This document shows positions 1 to 8,546 of a DNA stretch of 45,016 bases, in pieces (the stretch's first letter is position 1; every line of letters starts with the position of its first letter). Below the pieces are notes generated by a model. It did no database searches and was not told where the DNA came from. It was given only the letters and a program-made list of their open reading frames with translations. Location of the stretch: assembly GCA_039190745.1 (NCBI GenBank), contig JBCCXZ010000028.1, forward strand, positions 1-45,016, written 5' to 3'. The position numbers were made by a program, and so were the translations under genes. The DNA comes from Planctomycetota bacterium. Lineage in GTDB: Bacteria; Planctomycetota; Planctomycetia; Pirellulales; Lacipirellulaceae.

Positions 1-184
1 CCCTCCCACTCGCCAGCGGCACGAGTCCGAGCGCAGCCTTGATGAGCGTCGTCTTGCCCGCGCCGTTAGGCCCTACGATGCCGACCAGCTTCCCCTCGGG
101 GATCTCAAGATCGATGTCCCACAGCACCGGCCTGCGGTGGTAGGCAACGGTCATGTCATGGATTTCAAGAGCCGTATCCGCCAT
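1..184 (-). CDS. Mn/Zn ABC transporter ATP-binding subunit (TroB/MntB-like), 5' part only; runs off the window edge
   Basis: Manual translation from ATG at 184 gives [54 protein letters not shown], with Walker A GPNGAGKT. It lies directly downstream of the TroA-like gene and is not in the ORF track because it is truncated. Confidence 0.9.
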   Translation of the reverse strand, partial: MADTALEIHDMTVAYHRRPVLWDIDLEIPEGKLVGIVGPNGAGKTTLIKAALGLVPLASGR

Positions 185-217
185 CCGCAACGTGTTCTCC
201 AGTCTCTCCAATCAGAC

Positions 218-1246
218 TCACTTCAGCGCTTCGACGATGACGCGCAGGTTGTGACGGATCATCCCCGGGTAGGAGTCCGCGGACGAGTCCTCCGGGCCGA
301 GCGTGTCGGCGTAGAGCACCTCTTCCGGGATCTTCACGTCGTGCCCGGCTTCCCGGCAGGGCTCGACCAACGACTCGACCGCCCGGGGTGCGATCGCGGA
401 CTCAACGAACACCGCGGGGATCTTCCGCTCGATCAGCATCTGCTGCACTTCTTCTTGCCAGGCCAGGTCCTTCTCGTCCTCAGAGCTGATGCCCTTCAGC
501 CCGAAAACCTCGATCCCGTAAGCCTCGCCGAAGTAGCTGAAGGCGTCGTGGGCGGTAACCATCATCCGCCGCTCCTCTGGGATCTCGGCTACGGCCTTCT
601 CGCATTCCTCGTAGAGTGCGTCCATTTCCGCAGCGTAGGCGGCGGCCCGATCGCGGTAGCCGTCTGCACCGTCGGGGTCGAACTCGGCAAGCACATCGCC
701 AACGTCGCGAACGCAATCAGCCCAGAGAGCGGCGTTGTGCCAAACGTGCGGGTCGTGGAGGCCGTCGAATTCCGGCCGCTTCCGCAACCGCGGGTCATCG
801 CGTTTCAGCAGGCGGTCGGTAACGGCAAACACCCGTTTCTGCTTGGCGGTGTTGCGGAGGATCTCGACCATCCGCCCTTCGAGGTGGAGCCCGCTGAAGA
901 ACGCGATGTCTGCGTCGAGGATCCTGTCCGGATCAGCGGCGGTCGGGCGGTAGAGGTGCGGGTCGACGCCGGGGCCCATCATAGCCTCGACTACTACGCG
1001 GTCGCCCCCCACGACGCGGACGATGTCGGCTACCTGCCCGGTGGTGCAGACCGCACGGATCGGCGCTTCGCCTTCGAATCGAAAATCGGCGCCGGGGTCG
1101 TCATGGGCGTGCCCCTCGTGGCTGCCGGCGGTCGACTCTTCAGGAGAGCCCGGACCAGAACAACCACCAAACGCAATGATGGTGAGCAAGAGCACCGCGG
1201 ATATCTCAGCGACCGGGCGTGTCGTGGTTTGGTTGTAACGCTTCAT
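218..1246 (-). CDS. Mn/Zn ABC transporter substrate-binding lipoprotein (TroA/ZnuA family)
   Basis: Lipobox-like AFGGC; GPGVDPHLY, DPHVW, TAHDAFSYF and ADTLG metal-ligand motifs. Start placed at MKRYNQ (1246), preceded by AAGGA. Confidence 0.93.
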   Translation of the reverse strand: MKRYNQTTTRPVAEISAVLLLTIIAFGGCSGPGSPEESTAGSHEGHAHDDPGADFRFEGEAPIRAVCTTGQVADIVRVVGGDRVVVEAMMGPGVDPHLYRPTAADPDRILDADIAFFSGLHLEGRMVEILRNTAKQKRVFAVTDRLLKRDDPRLRKRPEFDGLHDPHVWHNAALWADCVRDVGDVLAEFDPDGADGYRDRAAAYAAEMDALYEECEKAVAEIPEERRMMVTAHDAFSYFGEAYGIEVFGLKGISSEDEKDLAWQEEVQQMLIERKIPAVFVESAIAPRAVESLVEPCREAGHDVKIPEEVLYADTLGPEDSSADSYPGMIRHNLRVIVEALK

Positions 1247-1308
1247 GAGGAACGAGTCCTTTCTTCGGTTGATTCTCAAACTGCGTGTGCGGCCATCGCT
1301 GGCCCGTG

Positions 1309-1740
1309 CTATGGAGTTTTTCGGGTAATCTTCTCGGTGAGTTCCGCCATGCACTTCAGTGTCTCAGGGCTCATGTGGTGCTCGATACCCTCGGCGTCGA
1401 TCGCGGCGGCTTTTTCGCTGACGCCGATAGCCAAGAGAAAGTCGTAGACCACCTCGTGCCGCCGGCGGGACTCCCTGGCGAGCCGCTGCCCTCGTGCGGT
1501 GAGCTCCACTGGCCCGTAGGGTTCGCTAGTAACAAGGCCCGATTCCGAAAGCCGCGATACGGTTTTCGAAACCGTAACATGGCTTACCGCGAATCGGCGG
1601 GCCAGGTCGACGACGCGGCACCTGCCGTGCTCGACCGTGATCTCGGCCACGGCCTCGACGTAGTCCTCCGCGGTCTCTCTGCTGTGGTCGCGTCGGGTGC
1701 GCCGATGGCCATCAGAGATAGGCGGGGCTTTCTTCGTCAT
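1309..1740 (-). CDS. mntR: Manganese-binding transcriptional repressor MntR (DtxR family, no C-terminal SH3/FeoA domain)
   Basis: ETAEDYVEAV, an HTH with VSHVTVSKTVSRL, and RRRHE...DAEGIEHHMS. Start placed at MTKKAPP (1740). First gene of the metal ABC operon. Confidence 0.9.
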   Translation of the reverse strand: MTKKAPPISDGHRRTRRDHSRETAEDYVEAVAEITVEHGRCRVVDLARRFAVSHVTVSKTVSRLSESGLVTSEPYGPVELTARGQRLARESRRRHEVVYDFLLAIGVSEKAAAIDAEGIEHHMSPETLKCMAELTEKITRKTP

Positions 1741-1833
1741 GCTTGCTGCCTTGCTGCCTTGCTGCAGGGAGTCCGAGGACCGCGGCCTGCCAGCTGATGA
1801 TTCTTCGGATTTTTCATCGGTGGAGATTGACAC

Positions 1834-1886
1834 AAGTGTAGCATCGGCTACATTTCTTGCTAGACTAAGTGTAGCCTCGGCTACAT
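1834..1886. promoter_or_regulatory. Two tandem palindromic operators, putative MntR boxes, overlapping a sigma70-like promoter
   Basis: AAGTGTAGCATCGGCTACAT (1834-1853) and AAGTGTAGCCTCGGCTACAT (1867-1886) match at 19/20 positions, start 33 bp apart, and each has the core TGTAGC-N4-GCTACA. TTGACA at 1827-1832 abuts box 1. The TAGC-N4-GCTA core matches the E. coli MntR box architecture. Confidence 0.8.
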
Positions 1887-1938
1887 ATTGACGATAAAAG
1901 TGCTGGCCAACCTCTCTCCCATCAAGTCTCGGTGTTGC

Positions 1939-3012
1939 ATGAATGCTCGATCCAAACCCCTCTTTCGACGCGGCTTTACCCTGGTGGAGCTGCTCGTGGT
2001 CATCGCCATTGTGGGCGTTCTGATCGGCCTGCTGCTGCCCGCAATACAAGCGGCTCGGGAGGCCGCCCGGCGGATGCAATGTAGTAATAATCTCAAGCAG
2101 ATCGGCCTAGCAACACTCGGATTCGAAGGGGCACAAACATTCTTGCCTGCCGGTTACATTTCGCGGTCTCTCGAGACCCCACCAGACCCTCTGCGGGACC
2201 CCTCCACATGGGACGCACCCCCGGGCTGGGGGTGGGCGGCGCAGTTGCTGGACTACCTGGAGGGTTCGACGATCAGCCAGTCGATCGACTTCGATCAGCC
2301 GATCTGGGACCCGCTGCACGAAGCTGCCATTTCTACGACTGTCTCGACGTTTCTGTGCCCCTCTGTGTCTGGCGAGACCGAGCCGTTCTTCGCGAGCGAC
2401 GAACCTGGTAACCCGCTTACCATTGCTGGTAGTGAAGTGCTGTTGGGCCGTTCGCACTACGTTGCCAGCCACGGCCAAGAGTCGTGCTGGGGAGAGTGCG
2501 GGGCCGATCCAACGGGCGAGGTGTTCACCAACATTTATACCGGCGAAACCACCGTGGTTGAGATTCAAGGCGACGCCTCTAAGGTGGCGGATGGGCCGTT
2601 CTACCGCGGCTCGGCCACGCGTCTGAAAGAATGCACTGATGGTTTGTCGACGACCATCTTCTTCGGCGAGCACTCCTCGGCACTCAGCGACAAGACTTGG
2701 GTTGGCGTCATTCCCGGAGCATTTACGCAACCGCGGTTCTTCTCTCCCGAGAACGGGCCAGACGCAGCCGCGACGCTCGTTCTCGTCCACGCGGGCCCAT
2801 CGGGCGGCGAGTTGGACATCACAGGCGTCCCGATCATCCACCCCGTGAACTTTCCGACTTACCACGTTGGGCAGATGTTTTCAGAGCACCCGGGCGGCGG
2901 GAACGTGGGCTTCGGAGACGGTTCAGTCCGCTACGTGCCCGACGAAATCGACCTGATTGTGTTTGCCGAATTGTCGAGCATCGGCGAAGGCGAAATCCCT
3001 CGCGAGTTCTAG
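1939..3012 (+). CDS. DUF1559 (SBP_bac_10) prepilin-type N-terminal cleavage protein
   Basis: RRGFTLVELLVVIAIVGVLIGLLLPAIQAAREAARRMQCSNNLKQIGLA, plus a C-terminal H-X9-DG motif (HPGGGNVGFGDG). This is a hallmark planctomycete family. Confidence 0.93.
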   Translation: MNARSKPLFRRGFTLVELLVVIAIVGVLIGLLLPAIQAAREAARRMQCSNNLKQIGLATLGFEGAQTFLPAGYISRSLETPPDPLRDPSTWDAPPGWGWAAQLLDYLEGSTISQSIDFDQPIWDPLHEAAISTTVSTFLCPSVSGETEPFFASDEPGNPLTIAGSEVLLGRSHYVASHGQESCWGECGADPTGEVFTNIYTGETTVVEIQGDASKVADGPFYRGSATRLKECTDGLSTTIFFGEHSSALSDKTWVGVIPGAFTQPRFFSPENGPDAAATLVLVHAGPSGGELDITGVPIIHPVNFPTYHVGQMFSEHPGGGNVGFGDGSVRYVPDEIDLIVFAELSSIGEGEIPREF

Positions 3013-3013
3013 G

Positions 3014-3373
3014 ATGTCACTAGCCAGACCACAGCTTCAATACTGCACTGAGGGACGGAAGCTGACATTGGGCAGGATCCGTCTAGGCCTGGCACCGCTT
3101 TTGGGAGCGGCGTTGGTGGTCGGATGCGGCGGGTACGGCAAAGTCAGCCCCGAGACGTACGAGTACGCCAAGGCTCTGTATTCCATCACCAACCGCCAGT
3201 CGTCCGAAAGGCTAGACAGGGCTGAAGAGATGATACTGGCCGCAAGGGATGCGCAAGAGCTGCCGGCGGCCGAATCCGAGTGGCTTCTAGCCATCGTCGC
3301 CGACGCCCGCGGGGGCGACTGGGAGGGCGCCAGCCAGGAGGCGCGGCGTCTGATGGACGACCAAGTCGATTAA
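3014..3373 (+). CDS. Small predicted lipoprotein, DUF1559 partner
   Basis: ATG 1 nt after the DUF1559 stop; hydrophobic stretch followed by lipobox LVVGC; helical mature domain. Confidence 0.75.
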   Translation: MSLARPQLQYCTEGRKLTLGRIRLGLAPLLGAALVVGCGGYGKVSPETYEYAKALYSITNRQSSERLDRAEEMILAARDAQELPAAESEWLLAIVADARGGDWEGASQEARRLMDDQVD

Positions 3374-3499
3374 AGGCCGGTACACCGGAGAAGCCGGTGA
3401 CTGATTGTCGCCGGCTGCGGTGCTTGTGGTATGCTTGGAGAGCGTTTATGCGGCCCCCCGACCGGGTCCAGGCCGCTTCCCCTGACGCCCGAGTCCGCC

Positions 3500-4084
3500 A
3501 TGCCGCCCAAGAACATCCGCTATTTCAAACGCTACCGGATGGAGCTGGATCTGCGGCTGTGGCGGCTGCCGACGCTAAGGCTGCCGGTCGACTATCGACT
3601 CGTTCCCTGGAACCCCTCGCTGACTTCGGCCCACGCCGAGGTGAAGTACGAGAGCTTCCGCGACGAATTGGACGCCCAGTTGTTCCCCTGCTTGGGGGAG
3701 TACGCGGGCTGCCAGCGACTGATGGAAGAAATCGAGTGCAAGGACGGCTTTCTGCCCGAGGCAACTTGGCTCGTGCAGCACTGCGGCCTCGACGGCGTCG
3801 GCCGAGAGTATTGCGGCACGATCCAGACGATCCGGGTGCACCGCGGTCGCGCGAATGTGCAGAACGTTGGAGTACTGCCCGCACACCGAGGCCGAGGATT
3901 GGGACGCCTGCTGTTGCTCGCCGCGGCCGGAGTCTTGCCGCATCTCGGGGTTCAGCGACTGTCTCTCGAAGTCACGGCCGAGAACGAATCCGCCGTTCGG
4001 CTGTACCGCGACCTTGGTTTCCGTTCGGTTCGTACGCTATACAAGGCCGTTGATACGAACTCGATGAGCTTGCTCGCAAAGTAG
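3500..4084 (+). CDS. GNAT family N-acetyltransferase
   Basis: Acetyl-CoA motif VGVLPAHRGRGLGR and C-terminal LEVTAENESAVRLYRDLGF. Start uncertain (3431 or 3500). Confidence 0.85.
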   Translation: MPPKNIRYFKRYRMELDLRLWRLPTLRLPVDYRLVPWNPSLTSAHAEVKYESFRDELDAQLFPCLGEYAGCQRLMEEIECKDGFLPEATWLVQHCGLDGVGREYCGTIQTIRVHRGRANVQNVGVLPAHRGRGLGRLLLLAAAGVLPHLGVQRLSLEVTAENESAVRLYRDLGFRSVRTLYKAVDTNSMSLLAK

Positions 4085-4174
4085 CGGACAGGTAACCTCC
4101 GGTCTTGGGCGTGTCTGCGACGACGGGGGCCTCCCCGGCCCATGCGCGCCTCCTCGAATTTTTGGCCAAGCACT

Positions 4175-5431
4175 ATGGCATCGAACAGCCGGCTCACCGA
4201 AGCCGAGCCTCTTATCCATCGCCTGGAAAACGGCATGGTGTTGGTTGCCGAACAAGTGCCCTCGATGCAATCGGCGGCGCTGACGCTGCTTGCACCATCG
4301 GGCTACGCTTCCGACCCCGGGGACCGACTTGGGCTGTCGTCGCTGGCATGCGACATGGTCATGCGGGGGGCGGGAGAGCGGGACGGCCGTGCGTTGATCA
4401 ACGACCTGGAGATCCTGGGGGTCGAGCGGGGAGAATCTGTTGGGGCGTCTCAGACGTCTTTCAGTGCGGCCACGCTGTCGGACAGCTTGCCGGAAACGCT
4501 GGCCATTTACGCGGACATCGTCCGTCGCCCGCGACTGCCCGAAGGGGAGACCGAGGCGGCTCGGCTGGTGTGCCTGCAGGAGTTAGGCGGCATCGAGGAC
4601 GAGCCCGGGCAGCGTCTGATGGTCGAGCTTCGTCGGCGCAGCTACCCGGAGCCTTGGGGCCGGTCGAGCCACGGCGACGAAGCCGGCATCCAGGCCTGCA
4701 GCACCGGAGACGTGCGGCGGCATGTCGCCAACCGGTTCAGACCCAACGGGGCGATCTTGGGGGTTGCGGGGCGCATTGAGTGGGACGCTTTGCGTGAGTA
4801 CGCCGAGCGACTGTTCGGCGACTGGGCGACCGTGGACCGGCCCGAGGCGCTCCAGGCCGCGGCGGTCGAACGGCCTTTGCACACCGACTACGAATCGAAC
4901 CAGTGCCACATCGGTATCGCGTTCCCTTCGGTGCCGTACAACCACGACGACTATCTCAAATCGTGGGCGGCGATCGGCGTCTTGGGAGGCGGTTCTAGCT
5001 CGCGCCTGTTTACAGAAGTACGCGAGAAGCGGGGCTTGTGCTACACGGTGAGCGCTTCGCTCCAGACGCAGCGCGACCGGGCGCGGGTGCTGTGCTACGC
5101 GGGCACGACCGCCGAGCGGGCTCAAGAAACGCTCGACGTGATGCGAGAGGAGCTGGCCCGGCTTGCTGCGGGCATCACCCAAGGCGAATTGGACCGGCTG
5201 AAGGCCCGGATTAAGAGTGGGCTGATCATGCAGCAAGAGTCTACCGCCTCGCGGAGCGGGTCGATCGCCAGGGATTGGTACCACCTCGGTCGGGTGCGCC
5301 CGTTGGCCGAATTGTCTGCTCGGGTCGACGAACTGACGGCGGAGTCGATCAACGGCTATCTATCGGAGCACCCGCCTCGGGAGTTCACCTTTGCAACGCT
5401 AGGACCGCAACCCTTGGAGATCGCCCCGTGA
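4175..5431 (+). CDS. M16 (insulinase) family peptidase, non-catalytic subunit
   Basis: LENGM N-terminus and SSRLFTEVREKRGLCY motif; no HXXEH. Start uncertain (4142 or 4175). Confidence 0.88.
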   Translation: MASNSRLTEAEPLIHRLENGMVLVAEQVPSMQSAALTLLAPSGYASDPGDRLGLSSLACDMVMRGAGERDGRALINDLEILGVERGESVGASQTSFSAATLSDSLPETLAIYADIVRRPRLPEGETEAARLVCLQELGGIEDEPGQRLMVELRRRSYPEPWGRSSHGDEAGIQACSTGDVRRHVANRFRPNGAILGVAGRIEWDALREYAERLFGDWATVDRPEALQAAAVERPLHTDYESNQCHIGIAFPSVPYNHDDYLKSWAAIGVLGGGSSSRLFTEVREKRGLCYTVSASLQTQRDRARVLCYAGTTAERAQETLDVMREELARLAAGITQGELDRLKARIKSGLIMQQESTASRSGSIARDWYHLGRVRPLAELSARVDELTAESINGYLSEHPPREFTFATLGPQPLEIAP

Positions 5432-6675
5432 AGTTCCGCCGCGAGACGCTCGACAATGGGCTTGAAGTCGTTGCGGAAGTAAACGACGAAGCGCACTCGA
5501 TGGGCATCGGCTACTTCGTCCGCACCGGTTCGCGGGACGAATCGGTGGAGGTGGCCGGTGTGAGCCACTTCCTGGAGCACATGCTCTTTAAGGGAACGCC
5601 TGCACGGTCTGCGGACGATGTTAACCGTGAATTTGACGAACTCGGCGCGCACTACAACGCTTTCACAAGTGAGGAGAGCACGGTGTACTACGCCTCGGTG
5701 CTGCCGGAGTACCAGCACCGAGTTGTCGATCTTCTGTCCGACATAATGCGGCCAAGCCTGAGGCAGGAAGACTTCGAAACCGAGAAGCAAGTGATCCTGG
5801 AAGAGATCCAGATGTATGCCGACCAGCCGCCGTTTGGGATGGACGACCGGATTAAGGAGCTCCACTTCGGCGACCACCCGATCGCCCGCAGCGTTCTGGG
5901 GACCATACAGTCGGTCGAAGCATTGTCCGTGGGCCAGATGCGGGACTACTTCGAGAGACGCTACAGCGCGGCAAACGTCTTCGTTGCTGCGAGCGGGCGC
6001 GTCGACTTTGAAGGCCTTGTCGAGCAGCTGCACCAGACCTGCAGCGGATGGAGACGCGGAGACGCGGCCCGGGCGACGCCGCCCTCACGATCGCATCCGT
6101 CCTGCGAGTGCGTTCACAGGCCTGAAGCGACCCAGCAGTACGTTCTGCAGCTTGGCGATGCGCCTGCTGCGGAAGACGACAGCCGGTACGCCGCGAAGGT
6201 GCTCGCAACGATGCTGGGCGACGATTCAGGTAGCCGACTCTACTGGGAACTGATCGACACAGGGCTCGCCGAGACCGCCAGCCTGGGGCACTACGAGTAT
6301 CAAGGGGTCGGGATGTTTTTCCTGTGGCTGTCTTGCGGTGCGGAAGAGGCGCAGGACAACCTCGATCGTATCACTGCGGCCCAACAGCTTGCCGAAGCGG
6401 AGGGCTTCCGGCCCGAGGAGTTGATGCAGGCTAAGAGCAAGCTCAAGGCGCGGGTCGTGCTCGGGAGCGAACGGCCCCGGAACCGCCTGTTCAACGTCGG
6501 CGGCAACTGGCTCCAGCGACGGAAGCACCGGACGGTGGAAGAAGACCTTGCCGCAGTGGATTCGGTGACCCTCGACGATGTGAGTGAAGTACTTAGGCGG
6601 TACCCTCTCACAAAACGCACGACCGCTGCAATCGGCCCGCTGGAAACAATGAGCGACCCAGCATCCGCGAGATAG
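5428..6675 (+). CDS. M16 (insulinase) family Zn peptidase, catalytic subunit
   Basis: GVSHFLEHMLFKGT (HXXEH), NAFTS, EKQVILEEI. Its GTG start overlaps the upstream TGA (GTGA). Confidence 0.92.
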   Translation: MKFRRETLDNGLEVVAEVNDEAHSMGIGYFVRTGSRDESVEVAGVSHFLEHMLFKGTPARSADDVNREFDELGAHYNAFTSEESTVYYASVLPEYQHRVVDLLSDIMRPSLRQEDFETEKQVILEEIQMYADQPPFGMDDRIKELHFGDHPIARSVLGTIQSVEALSVGQMRDYFERRYSAANVFVAASGRVDFEGLVEQLHQTCSGWRRGDAARATPPSRSHPSCECVHRPEATQQYVLQLGDAPAAEDDSRYAAKVLATMLGDDSGSRLYWELIDTGLAETASLGHYEYQGVGMFFLWLSCGAEEAQDNLDRITAAQQLAEAEGFRPEELMQAKSKLKARVVLGSERPRNRLFNVGGNWLQRRKHRTVEEDLAAVDSVTLDDVSEVLRRYPLTKRTTAAIGPLETMSDPASAR

Positions 6676-6833
6676 GCGGATTTGCTGCTCTCTTGGGAAC
6701 CCTCTACGGGCCACATAAGTCATCAGCCTGGTCTGTGAGATAGTCTTGCGATAGCGTCTGTGCGTGGTCAATGAGTCGGCTTGCCGTTCTCGCGACCCGC
6801 AACCGGCCCACTCTTCGCGGGAGACACACGGCA

Positions 6834-8042
6834 ATGACTCGCGTCCTCTTTGTCGAAGACGACCCGGCGTCTCTCGATCTGCTGAACCGAGCGATGCAGC
6901 AGTTCCACTCGCACTGGACGATGGAGTTCTTCGACGACCCCGAAGAAGCCCTTCACGCTTTGCTGCTCGAGCCGTTTGACGTGGTCGTCTCCGACATGGA
7001 GATGCCGGGGATGGACGGGGCCGAGCTGCTCGCCAGGGTGCGAGAGCTGACGCCCTCGTCGGTGCGGATTGTGCTCGGGGACTTGGCTGAACAAGAACGC
7101 ATTCTGCGCGCGGTGACGAGCGCCCACCAGTTCTTGGCAAAGCCGTGCAGCGCGGTTCAGCTTCGGGAAGCGGTCACCAGTGCGTGTCGGCTGGCCGAGC
7201 GGCTCAACAGTGAGGAAGTCAAAGGGCTGGTGACGCGGATGGATTCGCTGCCCTCGCTACCCGACATCTACCTCGAATTGGTGGCGTTGCTACGCGACGA
7301 GGAGGCTTCGATCCAGGACGTGGGCGAGCTGATTGCCGAAGATGTCGGCATGACGGCCAAGGTGCTGCAGCTTGTGAATTCTTCTTTTTTTGGGCTACCG
7401 GTGCACGTCAGCGATGCGAGGCACGCGGCGGCCCTGTTGGGGATGAAACTCCTGAAGCCGTTGGTGCTCACCGCGAGCATCTTCCGCCAGATGGAGCACT
7501 CCCGGGTACCGGTGAGGGTGCTCGACGAGATCCTCGAACACAGCGTCTTGGTGGGCGGCGTCGCGAAACAGATCGCTCAATCGGTCGGGCTCTCAAGGGA
7601 CGCGGCCGACAACGCGTTCCTCTCGGGCGTGCTGCACGACATCGGTAAACTTGTCATGCTGGACAACTTTGGCGGCGACTACAGCGACCTGCTCCGAGAG
7701 TGCCGGGCGGAGCCCTCGCAGCTGCCGAGCCTCGAAACGGAGCGGTTCGGCGCGTCGCACGCCGCGGTTGGGGGATATCTGTTCGGCCTGTGGGGCCTGC
7801 CGCACGAGATCGTAGAGGCCGTGGCTTACCATCACGACCCGCGGGTCGACTGCCGGGACAACTTCAACTCGCTCACCGCGGTGCACCTTGCCGATGCCTT
7901 TTGTTTCTCTCAAGAGCACGCGGACGACGAGCATGCGCTTGAGCGTGCTCTGGACGAGGTCTACCTGCAACGGCTGGGACTCTCAGCCGATGAGTTAGGC
8001 GAGTTCGAGGCCCTCGCCGCGGCGACGCTGCAGGAAGTCTGA
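6834..8042 (+). CDS. Response regulator with receiver and HDOD domains
   Basis: REC motifs VLFVEDD, VVSDMEMPGMDG, FLAKP. HDOD motifs LPSLP, KVLQLVNSSFFG, LHDIGKL, WGLP...AVAYHH. Confidence 0.9.
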   Translation: MTRVLFVEDDPASLDLLNRAMQQFHSHWTMEFFDDPEEALHALLLEPFDVVVSDMEMPGMDGAELLARVRELTPSSVRIVLGDLAEQERILRAVTSAHQFLAKPCSAVQLREAVTSACRLAERLNSEEVKGLVTRMDSLPSLPDIYLELVALLRDEEASIQDVGELIAEDVGMTAKVLQLVNSSFFGLPVHVSDARHAAALLGMKLLKPLVLTASIFRQMEHSRVPVRVLDEILEHSVLVGGVAKQIAQSVGLSRDAADNAFLSGVLHDIGKLVMLDNFGGDYSDLLRECRAEPSQLPSLETERFGASHAAVGGYLFGLWGLPHEIVEAVAYHHDPRVDCRDNFNSLTAVHLADAFCFSQEHADDEHALERALDEVYLQRLGLSADELGEFEALAAATLQEV

Positions 8043-8063
8043 CGACCGCTGCCGGGGTCCGGC

Positions 8064-8456
8064 TCAGTGGCCGTCGAGATAGGCTTGAAGATCGTTCTTC
8101 TCGAACGACTCCGCATCCCACGGCTGTTCGGTCAAGGCCGCGCGGTGCGATTGCGGAACGATGAATGCTTCGCAGTCGTAGGTCCGTCCGTCGGCCGCAA
8201 CGGCCTCGACCACTTCGCGCTTGTAGAAGTCCGATTCGTAGGCGTCGAGCTCGAAGAGCGTCTCTTCATCGATATCCTCGAACACGACGCCCCAGACCTC
8301 GGCCCCGGCTTCGTGGATCATGCCCGGGAAAACCGCATTCTGAACCCGGTATAGGGCAAACCCCTCGACACGCGCCTTCTTACCGGAACGCTCCTGGCCG
8401 ACGATCCGTCGCCACACCTCGGGGAACATCAGTGTGCCGTAGGCAAAAACGTTCAT
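8064..8456 (-). CDS. Gamma-glutamylcyclotransferase (AIG2-like) family protein
   Basis: N-terminal FAYGTL and LDAYE...Y motifs. Confidence 0.85.
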   Translation of the reverse strand: MNVFAYGTLMFPEVWRRIVGQERSGKKARVEGFALYRVQNAVFPGMIHEAGAEVWGVVFEDIDEETLFELDAYESDFYKREVVEAVAADGRTYDCEAFIVPQSHRAALTEQPWDAESFEKNDLQAYLDGH

Positions 8457-8546
8457 AGATCAGTCTAGAGAGCGGTTGCCGCGAAAGGCCTTAGTTTCCG
8501 CTATCTACGGGGTCGGGACAATGCGTGAGGCGGTGCGATCGGCTCG

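Noticed and set aside
137..1447. 436-aa + strand ORF, and similar long antisense or alternate-frame ORFs (e.g. 8730-10097, 18148-19062, 31301-32269, 39588-40442, 40706-41497)
   Set aside because: These are shadow ORFs of well-supported genes on the opposite strand, as expected in high-GC DNA, and they carry no recognisable motifs.
1834..1886. Direct repeat considered as a mini-CRISPR
   Set aside because: There are only two 20-bp units with a 13-bp spacer and no cas genes; an operator next to mntR explains it better.
1741..2079. N-terminal extension of the MntR ORF to 256 aa, and similar extensions of cysK, lipA, pabB, the ABC ATPase, the DUF447 gene and mgtE
   Set aside because: The extensions overlap neighbouring genes or operators and lack family features. 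Downstream starts with an RBS or stop/start coupling fit better.
4175..6675. M16 pair considered as PqqF/PqqG, and the beta-propellers as PQQ dehydrogenases
   Set aside because: There are no pqqA-E genes in the window, and the propellers look like the generic BamB-like planctomycete family.
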